Below the pieces are notes generated by a model that made no database searches, was not told the origin of the DNA, and worked only from the letters and a program-made list of their open reading frames with translations. The translations under genes and the position numbers were made by a program. DNA of 55,129 nt from an uncultured Candidatus Saccharibacteria bacterium. GTDB taxonomy: Bacteria; Patescibacteriota; Minisyncoccia; Phycocordibacterales; UBA9973. Shown here in pieces: positions 28,286-35,695 of this stretch. How positions within the stretch are numbered: the stretch's first letter is position 1; each line of letters opens with the position of its first letter. The stretch spans positions 49,875-105,003 of the forward strand of contig CAYMIO010000001.1 in assembly GCA_964390875.1 (NCBI GenBank). Reading direction: 5' to 3'.

Positions 28286-30418
28286 TTAATGTGTGGAGTG
28301 ACTTGGTTTTGAGCCGTAGAGCTCGCGGGCAATGATGAGAGCAGTCGCAATAAGGAGTATCAGGATAAGCCAGCCGACAATCGTGCGAGGGAGGAATCCA
28401 TCACCTCCAAAGAGGGCGAGTCCGGCAAGGTTGTTGCCTGAGCGGCACTGGTTGGGGTTTTGTACACCGTAGGCGATAGCATCATCGGTCGTGTTTTTAG
28501 TTCCATGTACAAACGATGCGGCTGCTGTAGTGACGATGCGGTTTTCAGAGAATGATCGAGCGCTGTAGTCACCGGTGATGTAGATCGTACCTGATGTGTT
28601 TTTAGCAAGCGATACGAATGTGAGGGTTACGCTTCGGTCACTTGGTGTGTATGTTCCAGCAGTGGTGCTGCGGAGTGTCACATAGTGAGGAATCGTTACG
28701 CGGATCACAACATTTTTAAGGTCTACTCCCGAGATATTTTTATATGTCACTGTGGCATCATATGCATCACGAGGACATACTGATTCGTTTCGAAGTGCTA
28801 CCTTAAGGTCAAGCCAATTACTTGAGCTTCCACCTCCTGAGTAGACAGTCTGGTTTACAATAGTGTGTGTATTTGTCGGTGTTGTTGTGTAGGTCGGTGT
28901 GTATGTTGGAACGAATGAAGGAGTGTATGTGGGAGGGTAGTAGTCGGTATTTCCACCAGTGACATACACGGTGATTGTGTCTGAATCAGAACCTTCGTCG
29001 CCATCAGCATAGAGAGTGAATGTTGTTGTTTGATAGAGTTCGTCTGATTCTGTTTCGTCGTCATCGTCGAAGTTGTTGCCTTCAACTGGGCCGTAGATAG
29101 TGATGTCATCACAGTCAGTAGTTTCCCATTCAAGATCAACGGTATCGCCATAACTGATACTTGTATCGTTTACATCGAACGAATCGATTTCACATTCGTC
29201 ATTGTTATTGTTGTTATCATTGTCAGCTTGGATGGTTTCAGATTCTGACACTGAACCACCATTTCCATATGCGGTGATAGTGTATGTTTCGTCATTCCAG
29301 ATTTCATCTGTGTCGACTTCGTCGTCTGCGTCGTATGTACCACTGATGCCGTCACCTGAAAGGTACACGTAATCACAGTTTGTTGTTTCCCATTCAAGTG
29401 TTGCTTCGTCTCCTTCATCAACTGAGTTTGGAGCATCGAAGTAGTCGATAGTACAGTCGTTTCCGCCTCCGCCGTTGTTGGTGACCGTGATAGTAACAGT
29501 AGCGCTATCAGAACCTCCATTACCACTTGCTGAAAGAGTGTAGGTTGTTGTTGTGTAAAGAGTTCCTGTTGAAACTGAACCTGTAGGAATTGTCACAGAA
29601 CCGATCGACGTGATCGATGCTGATGTACAGTTTGTCGTTGTCCAAGAAAGAGTTGCAGAATCGCCTTCGTTTATCGAAGTATCGTTTGCAGAAAACGAAG
29701 TGATATCACATCCGTTTCCACCTCCACCTCCACCGCCACCATTGGTTGTTGTGGTAAACGAAACGGTTGTTGAAGCTGCGGTTGTGCCACCAGCATTCTG
29801 TGCGTAGGCTTTGTAGTAGTAGGTTGTATTTGCCTGAAGACCTGAGATATCCTGCGTGAAATTTCCTGAGCTTCCTGACTGTGTAACTTGTGCTGTTGTT
29901 GTCGCGCCGACAAGACCAGCGTTGTTGGCATATTTAAACCATGTGGTTGTCGTAGAACCATTTCCGTTGAAGTAGCCTTTGAGAGTCGCTGATGTACTTG
30001 CGATGTTTGTCGCTGTAAGTGTCATTGCTGTTGGTGCGGTAATAGCAGGAACAGTAAATTGAATCACTGAACCGTAGCCAAAACCATCGCCGATACCAAC
30101 TGCTTGAAAGTAGTAGGTGGTACCTGGAGTTACTGAAATGTTTGCAGTATGTGAACCTGAAGCGGTTGTGTATGTCGTGGGAGTCGTTGAACTCGGCATT
30201 GTTGGATTGGTGCCGTATTTGAACCAGACCGAAATATCGTCAGCACCGTTTGCATTCCACGAAGCATTAAGTGTCGCAGATGTCTGCGTGATGCTTGAGG
30301 CTGAAAGGGTAGTGACGGTTGGGTTGGTTGCAAACGCCGTGTTTGAAACGCCGAAAATTCCCATAAGGGTAAATGTTGCGACCGCGAGAAGTTTTTTGAT
30401 TGTGTTTTTCATATACAT
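28286..30418 (-). CDS. large surface protein: signal peptide, two FN3-like modules, three Cys-bracketed tandem modules, C-terminal anchor motif
   Basis: 710 aa. FN3-like modules end in NTTYYYKAYAQN. There is a poly-Gly linker and three C.I..F...GD...L.W.TT.C modules. The C-terminus reads NLAGLALFGGDGFLPRTIVGWLILILLIATALIIARELY. Confidence 0.85.
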   Translation of the reverse strand: MYMKNTIKKLLAVATFTLMGIFGVSNTAFATNPTVTTLSASSITQTSATLNASWNANGADDISVWFKYGTNPTMPSSTTPTTYTTASGSHTANISVTPGTTYYFQAVGIGDGFGYGSVIQFTVPAITAPTAMTLTATNIASTSATLKGYFNGNGSTTTTWFKYANNAGLVGATTTAQVTQSGSSGNFTQDISGLQANTTYYYKAYAQNAGGTTAASTTVSFTTTTNGGGGGGGGNGCDITSFSANDTSINEGDSATLSWTTTNCTSASITSIGSVTIPTGSVSTGTLYTTTTYTLSASGNGGSDSATVTITVTNNGGGGNDCTIDYFDAPNSVDEGDEATLEWETTNCDYVYLSGDGISGTYDADDEVDTDEIWNDETYTITAYGNGGSVSESETIQADNDNNNNNDECEIDSFDVNDTSISYGDTVDLEWETTDCDDITIYGPVEGNNFDDDDETESDELYQTTTFTLYADGDEGSDSDTITVYVTGGNTDYYPPTYTPSFVPTYTPTYTTTPTNTHTIVNQTVYSGGGSSSNWLDLKVALRNESVCPRDAYDATVTYKNISGVDLKNVVIRVTIPHYVTLRSTTAGTYTPSDRSVTLTFVSLAKNTSGTIYITGDYSARSFSENRIVTTAAASFVHGTKNTTDDAIAYGVQNPNQCRSGNNLAGLALFGGDGFLPRTIVGWLILILLIATALIIARELYGSKPSHSTH
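28958..29710 (-). repeat. three tandem ~80-90-aa coding repeats inside the 710-aa surface protein
   Basis: Modules start at Cys237, Cys322 and Cys409 (CDITSFSANDTSINEGDSATLSWTTTNC / CTIDYFDAPNSVDEGDEATLEWETTNC / CEIDSFDVNDTSISYGDTVDLEWETTDC). Confidence 0.8.
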
Positions 30419-30493
30419 TCCGCTTCAGTGAGCGTGAGTGCATTATATCAGCTTATATAAAAATGTCAAGATTGTGCTGTTTCTTCTGGCTCC

Positions 30494-30521
30494 TTGCAAA
30501 AAGTGCGCGGAGACTTATAAT
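30494..30521 (+). promoter_or_regulatory. sigma70-like promoter for RNase P RNA (TTGCAA-16 nt-TATAAT)
   Basis: TTGCAA at 30494-30499 and TATAAT at 30516-30521. The P1 helix starts about 7 nt downstream. Confidence 0.5.
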
Positions 30522-30526
30522 CGGAG

Positions 30527-30943
30527 AGTTCTTTGTCGTGCCATCGCGCTCCCTCGGAAACGAAGGAGTGAGGAAAGTCCGAACACAGCCTTCCCCAGGG
30601 ACGGGCGCGTACGTGTTTTAGACGTCTTCTTTTTTGCTGCCAAGTTTTAGAGAATCAACGTTTACTCGCTCATGTACGTGCCCGCCCCGGGAGAAGGAGA
30701 AAGGTAGCAGGTAACGCCTGCTTTGAGCAATCAACAAGGTGCGAGCAGTGACGCCAATGCCGAAAGGCTAGGGTTCCTTCGGGAATATGCTCACCGTAAG
30801 GTGAGAGTGAAACGGCTAAATCCTTACCCCTGTGCAAGACCGTGCCGCGCTTGTCGCGGAGAGTCGCTCGAGCCCTGTGGCGACACAGGACCTAGATAAA
30901 TGATCGGCATAGAAACAGAATTCGGCTTACGAGCAAAGAACAA
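30527..30943 (+). ncRNA. rnpB: RNase P RNA (bacterial, type-A-like core with an inserted helix)
   Basis: Universal P4 strand GAGGAAAGTCCGAACAC (30570-), GGTAGCAGGTAACGCCTGC, a 3' P4 strand ACAGAATTCGGCTTA, and P1 pairing GTTCTTTG (30528-) with CAAAGAAC (-30941). A terminator hairpin follows at about 30950-30987. Confidence 0.85.
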
Positions 30944-31061
30944 CAATATGAAAAAGTCCTGCGAAAGCGGGGCTTTTTCTGTTTTTAGGCTGAGCCAGAA
31001 ATGATTGACTTTTAGTTACTTTTATGTTAAAGTGCTTGGGAACAAAATCTTTAATATATAA

Positions 31062-32264
31062 ATGAAGAGAATACTTACTCTGTTCAAGGGCGCGCTGGTA
31101 GCGCTACTTTTGACCCTAACCTGGGGCAACAAGGTGACTGGGCAGACACTGCCCAGCGTGTCGTTCACCAGTGCCTACATAGGCACTAATGACGACTTTT
31201 TTTATGGAGTCTCTGCGGATTGCGGAGACACCACATCCACCATAAAACTCTTCGTGTATTTGCATCAAGAGGATTGGGAATTAGAATGGTGGTCTCTTGA
31301 GATCACAAACGATACTACTTTTTTCGGAAGCGTTGGCAATCTTTTTCCAGGAGACTCTATGAGTTTCCATCTGGAAATAAGTAACGTGTTTGGAGCAACA
31401 GAATCAACTACGGTTGATTCGTGGGTTCCATACGAAAATAGTGCACCGTCAGTCGATAATGCATTCTTGTTGGACGTCACTCCGACTTCTGCGGTGGTCC
31501 AGATGCAAATTACCAACTGGGGAATGGATTGCCAGTTCATTTCAGCGATTGCCGATATGGCAAATCCTGACATATGGCTCTACGATCCGTATGTGATCGC
31601 AGCGGATATCAATGCGATCGACCATGTTGTCGATCTCACCAATCTTCAGCCAGAGCACACGTATATGTTTGTCGCTTCTGCAGAAAACGACTGGGGAACG
31701 GGTGCTGATACTGTGGTGTTTACAACACCGGCTCTTCCTGAAGCTCTCGAAATTATCGCGAGTGAAGAAGAAATTGCAGTTGGTTCATCAAGTATGGAAG
31801 TTGGGTTTCAACTCACTGTACCAAGTGGAACAACTGCAGATGTGTATCTGTATGTTGGTGAGGATAGTGAAGTGAATTCTTCTTTCTTTACCGCTGGTCC
31901 ACTTTTTTTTGAAAGTGGAATATACAATGCATCTGTCATTGTTACAGGTCTCGATGTTGATGACGCTGATGGGTACTACGGCAAATGGGTTGCGATCAGT
32001 TCAGATGGAACGATATCAGAAGATATTTTTCATTTTGAACAAGAAACATACACAAACGTTTCTGAAGAAATTGCAGCTACTCACCAATGGTTCTATGAAG
32101 GAATCCTTCATGGTTTCAGTGATGGAATCGTTGAAGTGTTTTCTATGAGCGGACAGCTTATGTATGTCTGCTCAGGTGCAGATGAAATTGATCTCTCATT
32201 CCTTCCACGTGGCATGTATATGGCGCAGGGAAGTGAAAAAGTATTGAAGTTTGCTGTAGACTAG
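31062..32264 (+). CDS. secreted protein with FN3-like modules and a T9SS-type (Por_Secre_tail-like) C-terminal domain
   Basis: Signal peptide (ALLLTLTWGNKVTGQ). The last ~60 aa (VEVFSMSGQLMYVCSGADEIDLSFLPRGMYMAQGSEKVLKFAVD) fit the T9SS type-A CTD pattern. Confidence 0.75.
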   Translation: MKRILTLFKGALVALLLTLTWGNKVTGQTLPSVSFTSAYIGTNDDFFYGVSADCGDTTSTIKLFVYLHQEDWELEWWSLEITNDTTFFGSVGNLFPGDSMSFHLEISNVFGATESTTVDSWVPYENSAPSVDNAFLLDVTPTSAVVQMQITNWGMDCQFISAIADMANPDIWLYDPYVIAADINAIDHVVDLTNLQPEHTYMFVASAENDWGTGADTVVFTTPALPEALEIIASEEEIAVGSSSMEVGFQLTVPSGTTADVYLYVGEDSEVNSSFFTAGPLFFESGIYNASVIVTGLDVDDADGYYGKWVAISSDGTISEDIFHFEQETYTNVSEEIAATHQWFYEGILHGFSDGIVEVFSMSGQLMYVCSGADEIDLSFLPRGMYMAQGSEKVLKFAVD

Positions 32265-32287
32265 CAAGCTTCATTATCTAAACAAAA

Positions 32288-32320
32288 GAAAGGGCTTTCT
32301 TAACCGAAAGCCCTTTTATT
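32288..32320 (+). terminator. rho-independent terminator
   Basis: GGGCTTTC-ttaacc-GAAAGCCC followed by TTTTATTT. Confidence 0.75.
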
Positions 32321-32338
32321 TATATACGTGAAAAGTGC

Positions 32339-32366
32339 TTGACAAAAGTTTTAAATCTGCTATACT
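32339..32366 (+). promoter_or_regulatory. near-consensus sigma70 promoter (TTGACA-16 nt-TATACT) with no downstream ORF
   Basis: TTGACA at 32339-32344 and TATACT at 32361-32366. The next credible CDS is about 490 nt away, behind two terminators. Confidence 0.55.
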
Positions 32367-32372
32367 TCCTTT

Positions 32373-32606
32373 GTGAGTATAGCTTCGAATTTCCGTTATT
32401 AATGGAAACAAATGCCTACGCACTGTCCGCCCCTCGGGGCGGATTTTGCGTTTTGGGCTTTTCTGCTACACTGACTCTTGTAGTTCACTAGTTGTCTTCA
32501 TCGATGGCTAGCGACTGCACTCACATAGGCATTTGTGTTGGAGCTCGCACTCGCTAGCCTTCGATGCAGATGAAATAAAAAATCCGGAACGTGTTCCGGA
32601 TTTTTT
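32373..32606 (+). ncRNA. candidate structured non-coding RNA(s), unclassified
   Basis: Hairpin TTCCGTTATTAATGGAA. Terminator 1 is TCCGCCCCTCGGGGCGGATTTTGCGTTTT (32426-32455). A 16-bp stem pairs 32499-32514 with 32551-32566. Terminator 2 is TCCGGAAC-GT-GTTCCGGATTTTTT (32583-32606). An 11-nt complementarity links 32408-32418 to 32526-32536. Confidence 0.35.
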
Positions 32607-32688
32607 ATTTTCTATTTTTTAAAATATTTTTTTGTATTTTATTTTTTTATTTTAAAAAACTTTTTTTGAAAATATTTTTACAAAAAAG

Positions 32689-32697
32689 TTATCCACA
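32689..32697 (+). promoter_or_regulatory. consensus DnaA box TTATCCACA at the edge of a ~80-bp tract that is about 95% AT
   Basis: Exact 9-mer. The tract 32607-32688 is almost entirely A/T runs. Confidence 0.3.
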
Positions 32698-32715
32698 CAT
32701 TTTGATGTTTTTATG

Positions 32716-32744
32716 TTGAACATGCGCGCAAAGTATACGATAAT
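32716..32744 (+). promoter_or_regulatory. candidate promoter (TTGAAC-17 nt-GATAAT) overlapping a 14-bp perfect palindrome ACGATAATTATCGT
   Basis: TTGAAC at 32716-32721, GATAAT at 32739-32744, palindrome at 32737-32750. Confidence 0.4.
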
Positions 32745-32855
32745 TATCGTAACGCCACTCGTGAAAGAAAAAAAGTTTAAAAATTTTCTTAAAAAAATTT
32801 AAACGGTCGATTTCACAACAGGGCGCTTACTAGAGTAATGATTCGAATCAATACT

Positions 32856-32960
32856 ATGGCAGCAAAAAAGAAGGCGGCTAAGAAGGCTGTAAAGAAGACT
32901 ACAAAAAAGTCTGCAGCAAAGAAGCCAGCAAAAAAGAAGGCAGCAAAGAAGAAGAAATAA
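32856..32960 (+). CDS. 34-aa lysine/alanine-rich basic mini-protein (histone H1/Hc1-tail-like composition)
   Basis: Hand translation gives MAAKKKAAKKAVKKTTKKSAAKKPAKKKAAKKKK. A strong terminator follows immediately. Below the ORF-track cutoff. Confidence 0.55.
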   Translation: MAAKKKAAKKAVKKTTKKSAAKKPAKKKAAKKKK

Positions 32961-32975
32961 TCTTCTTCCCACTTA

Positions 32976-33013
32976 CAAAACAACCCCGGATTCGTCCGGG
33001 GTGTTTTGTTTTT
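32976..33013 (+). terminator. rho-independent terminator
   Basis: AAAACAACCCCGGA-ttcg-TCCGGGGTGTTTTGTTTTT. Confidence 0.8.
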
Positions 33014-33076
33014 AGAGCGCTGGTTCCGAAAGCGTGTTTTGTGCTATAATCGGCAAGCTTTCGGGCACTCTTTTTT

Positions 33077-35614
33077 ATGTCATTCCTAGAAAACCTATTT
33101 GGCGATACGGGTAAAAAGGCTCTCAGTGAGGCCCGCGCCATCGTGAAAGATATCAATATATTGGAAGAAGAAGTGAAAGCGCTTGCTGACACGGATTTTC
33201 CTCTAAAGACAGCAGAACTCAAAGAACGTATTTTGAAGGGAGAAACACTCGATGCGGTTCTTCCGTATGCGTTTGCGCTTGTGCGTGAGGCGGCACGCCG
33301 AACGCTCGGACAGAGACACTACGATGTGCAGCTTATCGGAGGTATTGTTCTTCATAAAGGAAACATTGCAGAAATGCGCACTGGTGAAGGTAAGACTCTC
33401 GTCTCCACACTCCCTGCATATTTGAATGCACTTACAGGACGCGGAGTGCATGTGGTGACAGTCAACGACTACCTCGCACGCCGCGACGCCGTGTGGATGG
33501 GACAAGTGCATTCATTCCTCGGCCTTACTCTTGGTGTGTTGAATGGACAAAATACTTCATATCGATATGATCCACTTCACAAAGAAGTCGATACTGAGCG
33601 CGACCAGGTTGGTTCATACCGTATCGTGTACGAATTTTTGAAACCATGCACTCGTGCTGAAGCCTATGCTGCCGATATCACGTATGGAACAAACAGCGAA
33701 TTTGGTTTCGACTATCTTCGCGACAATTTGGCCACGTCTCTTGATCGAGTTGTTCAGCGTGGACATGCGTATGCTATCGTCGACGAAATCGACTCTATCC
33801 TCATCGATGAAGCGCGAACACCGCTCATCATTTCTTCACAGTCAGGAGATTCTGAAGATCTTTATACAAAGTTTGCAACCATTGCTCGTGGGCTTATCAA
33901 AGACGAAGACTATACGGTAGACGAAAAGCATCGTTCTATTAGTCTGACTGACTCAGGTATTACGAAAGCAGAAAGTCTTCTTGGGCTTGAGAATATTTAT
34001 ACAGAAAAGGGAATAAAGTACGTGCATCATCTTGAAACAGCGGTTCGTGCCCAAGCTATTTTTATTCGCGACAAAGATTACGTTGTGAATAATAATGAAG
34101 TGATCATCGTGGATCCTTTCACCGGCCGCATGCAGCCAGGACGTCGCTGGAGCGAAGGTTTGCACCAAGCTGTCGAAGCAAAAGAAGGCGCGAAGATTGA
34201 AAAAGAAACACGTGCTGTTGCATCTATCACATACCAGAACTTTTTCCGTTTTTATGAAAAGCTTGGCGGCATGACAGGAACGGCTGCAACGTCAAAAGAA
34301 GAATTCTATAAAGTGTACGGACTCGATGTTGTCGCTATCCCGACTCACCGTGAGATTGCGCGTATCGACCGTGCCGATTTAATCTTCCAAAGTGAAGCAG
34401 CTAAATACAAAGCTATCGCAGCAAAGACGAAAGAGCTCCAAGACAAAGGCCAGCCTGTTCTTATCGGTACCATCTCGATTGAAAAGAACGAACTTCTTTC
34501 CGCGCATCTCACTTCTGCTGGTGTTCGCCACACAGTGCTGAACGCGAAGAACCACGAGAAAGAAGGCGAGATCGTCGCCAACGCCGGAAAAAAGGGAAGT
34601 GTCACTGTTGCCACCAACATGGCCGGTCGCGGTGTCGACATTCGTCTCGGAGGAGCAAATGCTACTGCTGAAGAAGCTGAAGAAGTAAAATCTCTCGGTG
34701 GACTTTTTGTTATCGGTACTGAAAGACATGAAGCGCGTCGTATCGACAACCAACTTCGCGGACGTGCAGGTCGTCAGGGTGACCCAGGCGAAACACAGTT
34801 TTATGTTTCGATGGATGATGACCTCATGCGTATCTTCGGTTCTGACAATATAAAAAATATGATGAAGCGTCTTGGTATTCCTGAAGACCAGCCTATCGAA
34901 CACCGCATGATCTCAAAAGCACTCGAAACGGCGCAGACTCGTATCGAAGGATTCAATTTTGATGCGCGAAAATACACACTTGAATACGATGACGTCATGA
35001 ACCAGCAACGAAAAGCTATCTACGCCCGCCGCCGCGCGATGCTTGAAGCTGATCGTGAAAAAATAGAAACCTATCTCTCAGATATTCTTGAAGAACACGA
35101 AGATAAAAAAGCGGTTGTGGCTGAGAGACGCGCTGCACTCGGTGATGACTCTTTCTTTGAAGCGGTGCGACGGATCATCCTCCATGTTACCGATGCGCTT
35201 TGGGTAGAACATATTGAGACTATGGAATATTATCGTTCCTCAGTGAACCTTCGCGCCTACGGTCAGCGTGAACCTCTCGTGGAATACAAAAAAGAAGGAC
35301 TCCGTCTTTTTAAAGACATGGAACACGAAACAAAAGCACAGATCTTGAATCTCATCACAACCCTTTCTGCTGATGTGCATATTACCGCACACAAAGAAGA
35401 GTCTCATCCTGTTGAAGGTGTAACGAGCCACGAAAGTATTCCTGTATTTCGTCAGGAGTCAGAAAATGAAATGCATCCCGACAAACGTATGCATATTGAA
35501 GAAGTGAAGCGCGAAATCGCCGAAACAAAGGAATCTGAAGTGCCGAAAGTGGGCCGCAACGACCCGTGTCCATGTGGAAGTGGAAAAAAATATAAAAAAT
35601 GTCACGGAGCGTAG
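33077..35614 (+). CDS. secA: preprotein translocase ATPase SecA
   Basis: [37 protein letters not shown], and the C-terminal zinc motif [14 protein letters not shown]. An extended -10 (TGCTATAAT) sits at 33042-33050. Confidence 0.95.
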   Translation: MSFLENLFGDTGKKALSEARAIVKDINILEEEVKALADTDFPLKTAELKERILKGETLDAVLPYAFALVREAARRTLGQRHYDVQLIGGIVLHKGNIAEMRTGEGKTLVSTLPAYLNALTGRGVHVVTVNDYLARRDAVWMGQVHSFLGLTLGVLNGQNTSYRYDPLHKEVDTERDQVGSYRIVYEFLKPCTRAEAYAADITYGTNSEFGFDYLRDNLATSLDRVVQRGHAYAIVDEIDSILIDEARTPLIISSQSGDSEDLYTKFATIARGLIKDEDYTVDEKHRSISLTDSGITKAESLLGLENIYTEKGIKYVHHLETAVRAQAIFIRDKDYVVNNNEVIIVDPFTGRMQPGRRWSEGLHQAVEAKEGAKIEKETRAVASITYQNFFRFYEKLGGMTGTAATSKEEFYKVYGLDVVAIPTHREIARIDRADLIFQSEAAKYKAIAAKTKELQDKGQPVLIGTISIEKNELLSAHLTSAGVRHTVLNAKNHEKEGEIVANAGKKGSVTVATNMAGRGVDIRLGGANATAEEAEEVKSLGGLFVIGTERHEARRIDNQLRGRAGRQGDPGETQFYVSMDDDLMRIFGSDNIKNMMKRLGIPEDQPIEHRMISKALETAQTRIEGFNFDARKYTLEYDDVMNQQRKAIYARRRAMLEADREKIETYLSDILEEHEDKKAVVAERRAALGDDSFFEAVRRIILHVTDALWVEHIETMEYYRSSVNLRAYGQREPLVEYKKEGLRLFKDMEHETKAQILNLITTLSADVHITAHKEESHPVEGVTSHESIPVFRQESENEMHPDKRMHIEEVKREIAETKESEVPKVGRNDPCPCGSGKKYKKCHGA

Positions 35615-35695
35615 CAGACTTTCATTTTCTGTGGTGAAAGTTATCAACAAATCGTAAAAAACTTTTAAATATATGCTAAAATCATCTCGTACCAG

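Noticed and set aside
29711-29740. Poly-glycine coding runs (29711-29740, about 44795-44815, about 53886-53925) as slipped-strand phase-variation tracts.
   Set aside because: At the nucleotide level they are mixed GGN codons, not homopolymers or long perfect short repeats, and they keep the frame. They are most likely flexible linkers.
30400-30650. ORFs 30400-30621(+) and 30438-30650(+).
   Set aside because: They overlap the promoter and 5' half of the RNase P RNA.
32402-32557. Two tiny ORFs in the orphan-promoter region: 32402-32491 (29 aa, METNAYALSAPRGGFCVLGFSATLTLVVH) and 32504-32557 (17 aa, MASDCTHIGICVGARTR).
   Set aside because: The first reads straight through an intrinsic terminator hairpin. 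Both are within helices that are better explained as RNA structure. Without comparative or Ribo-seq data they cannot be told apart from noise.
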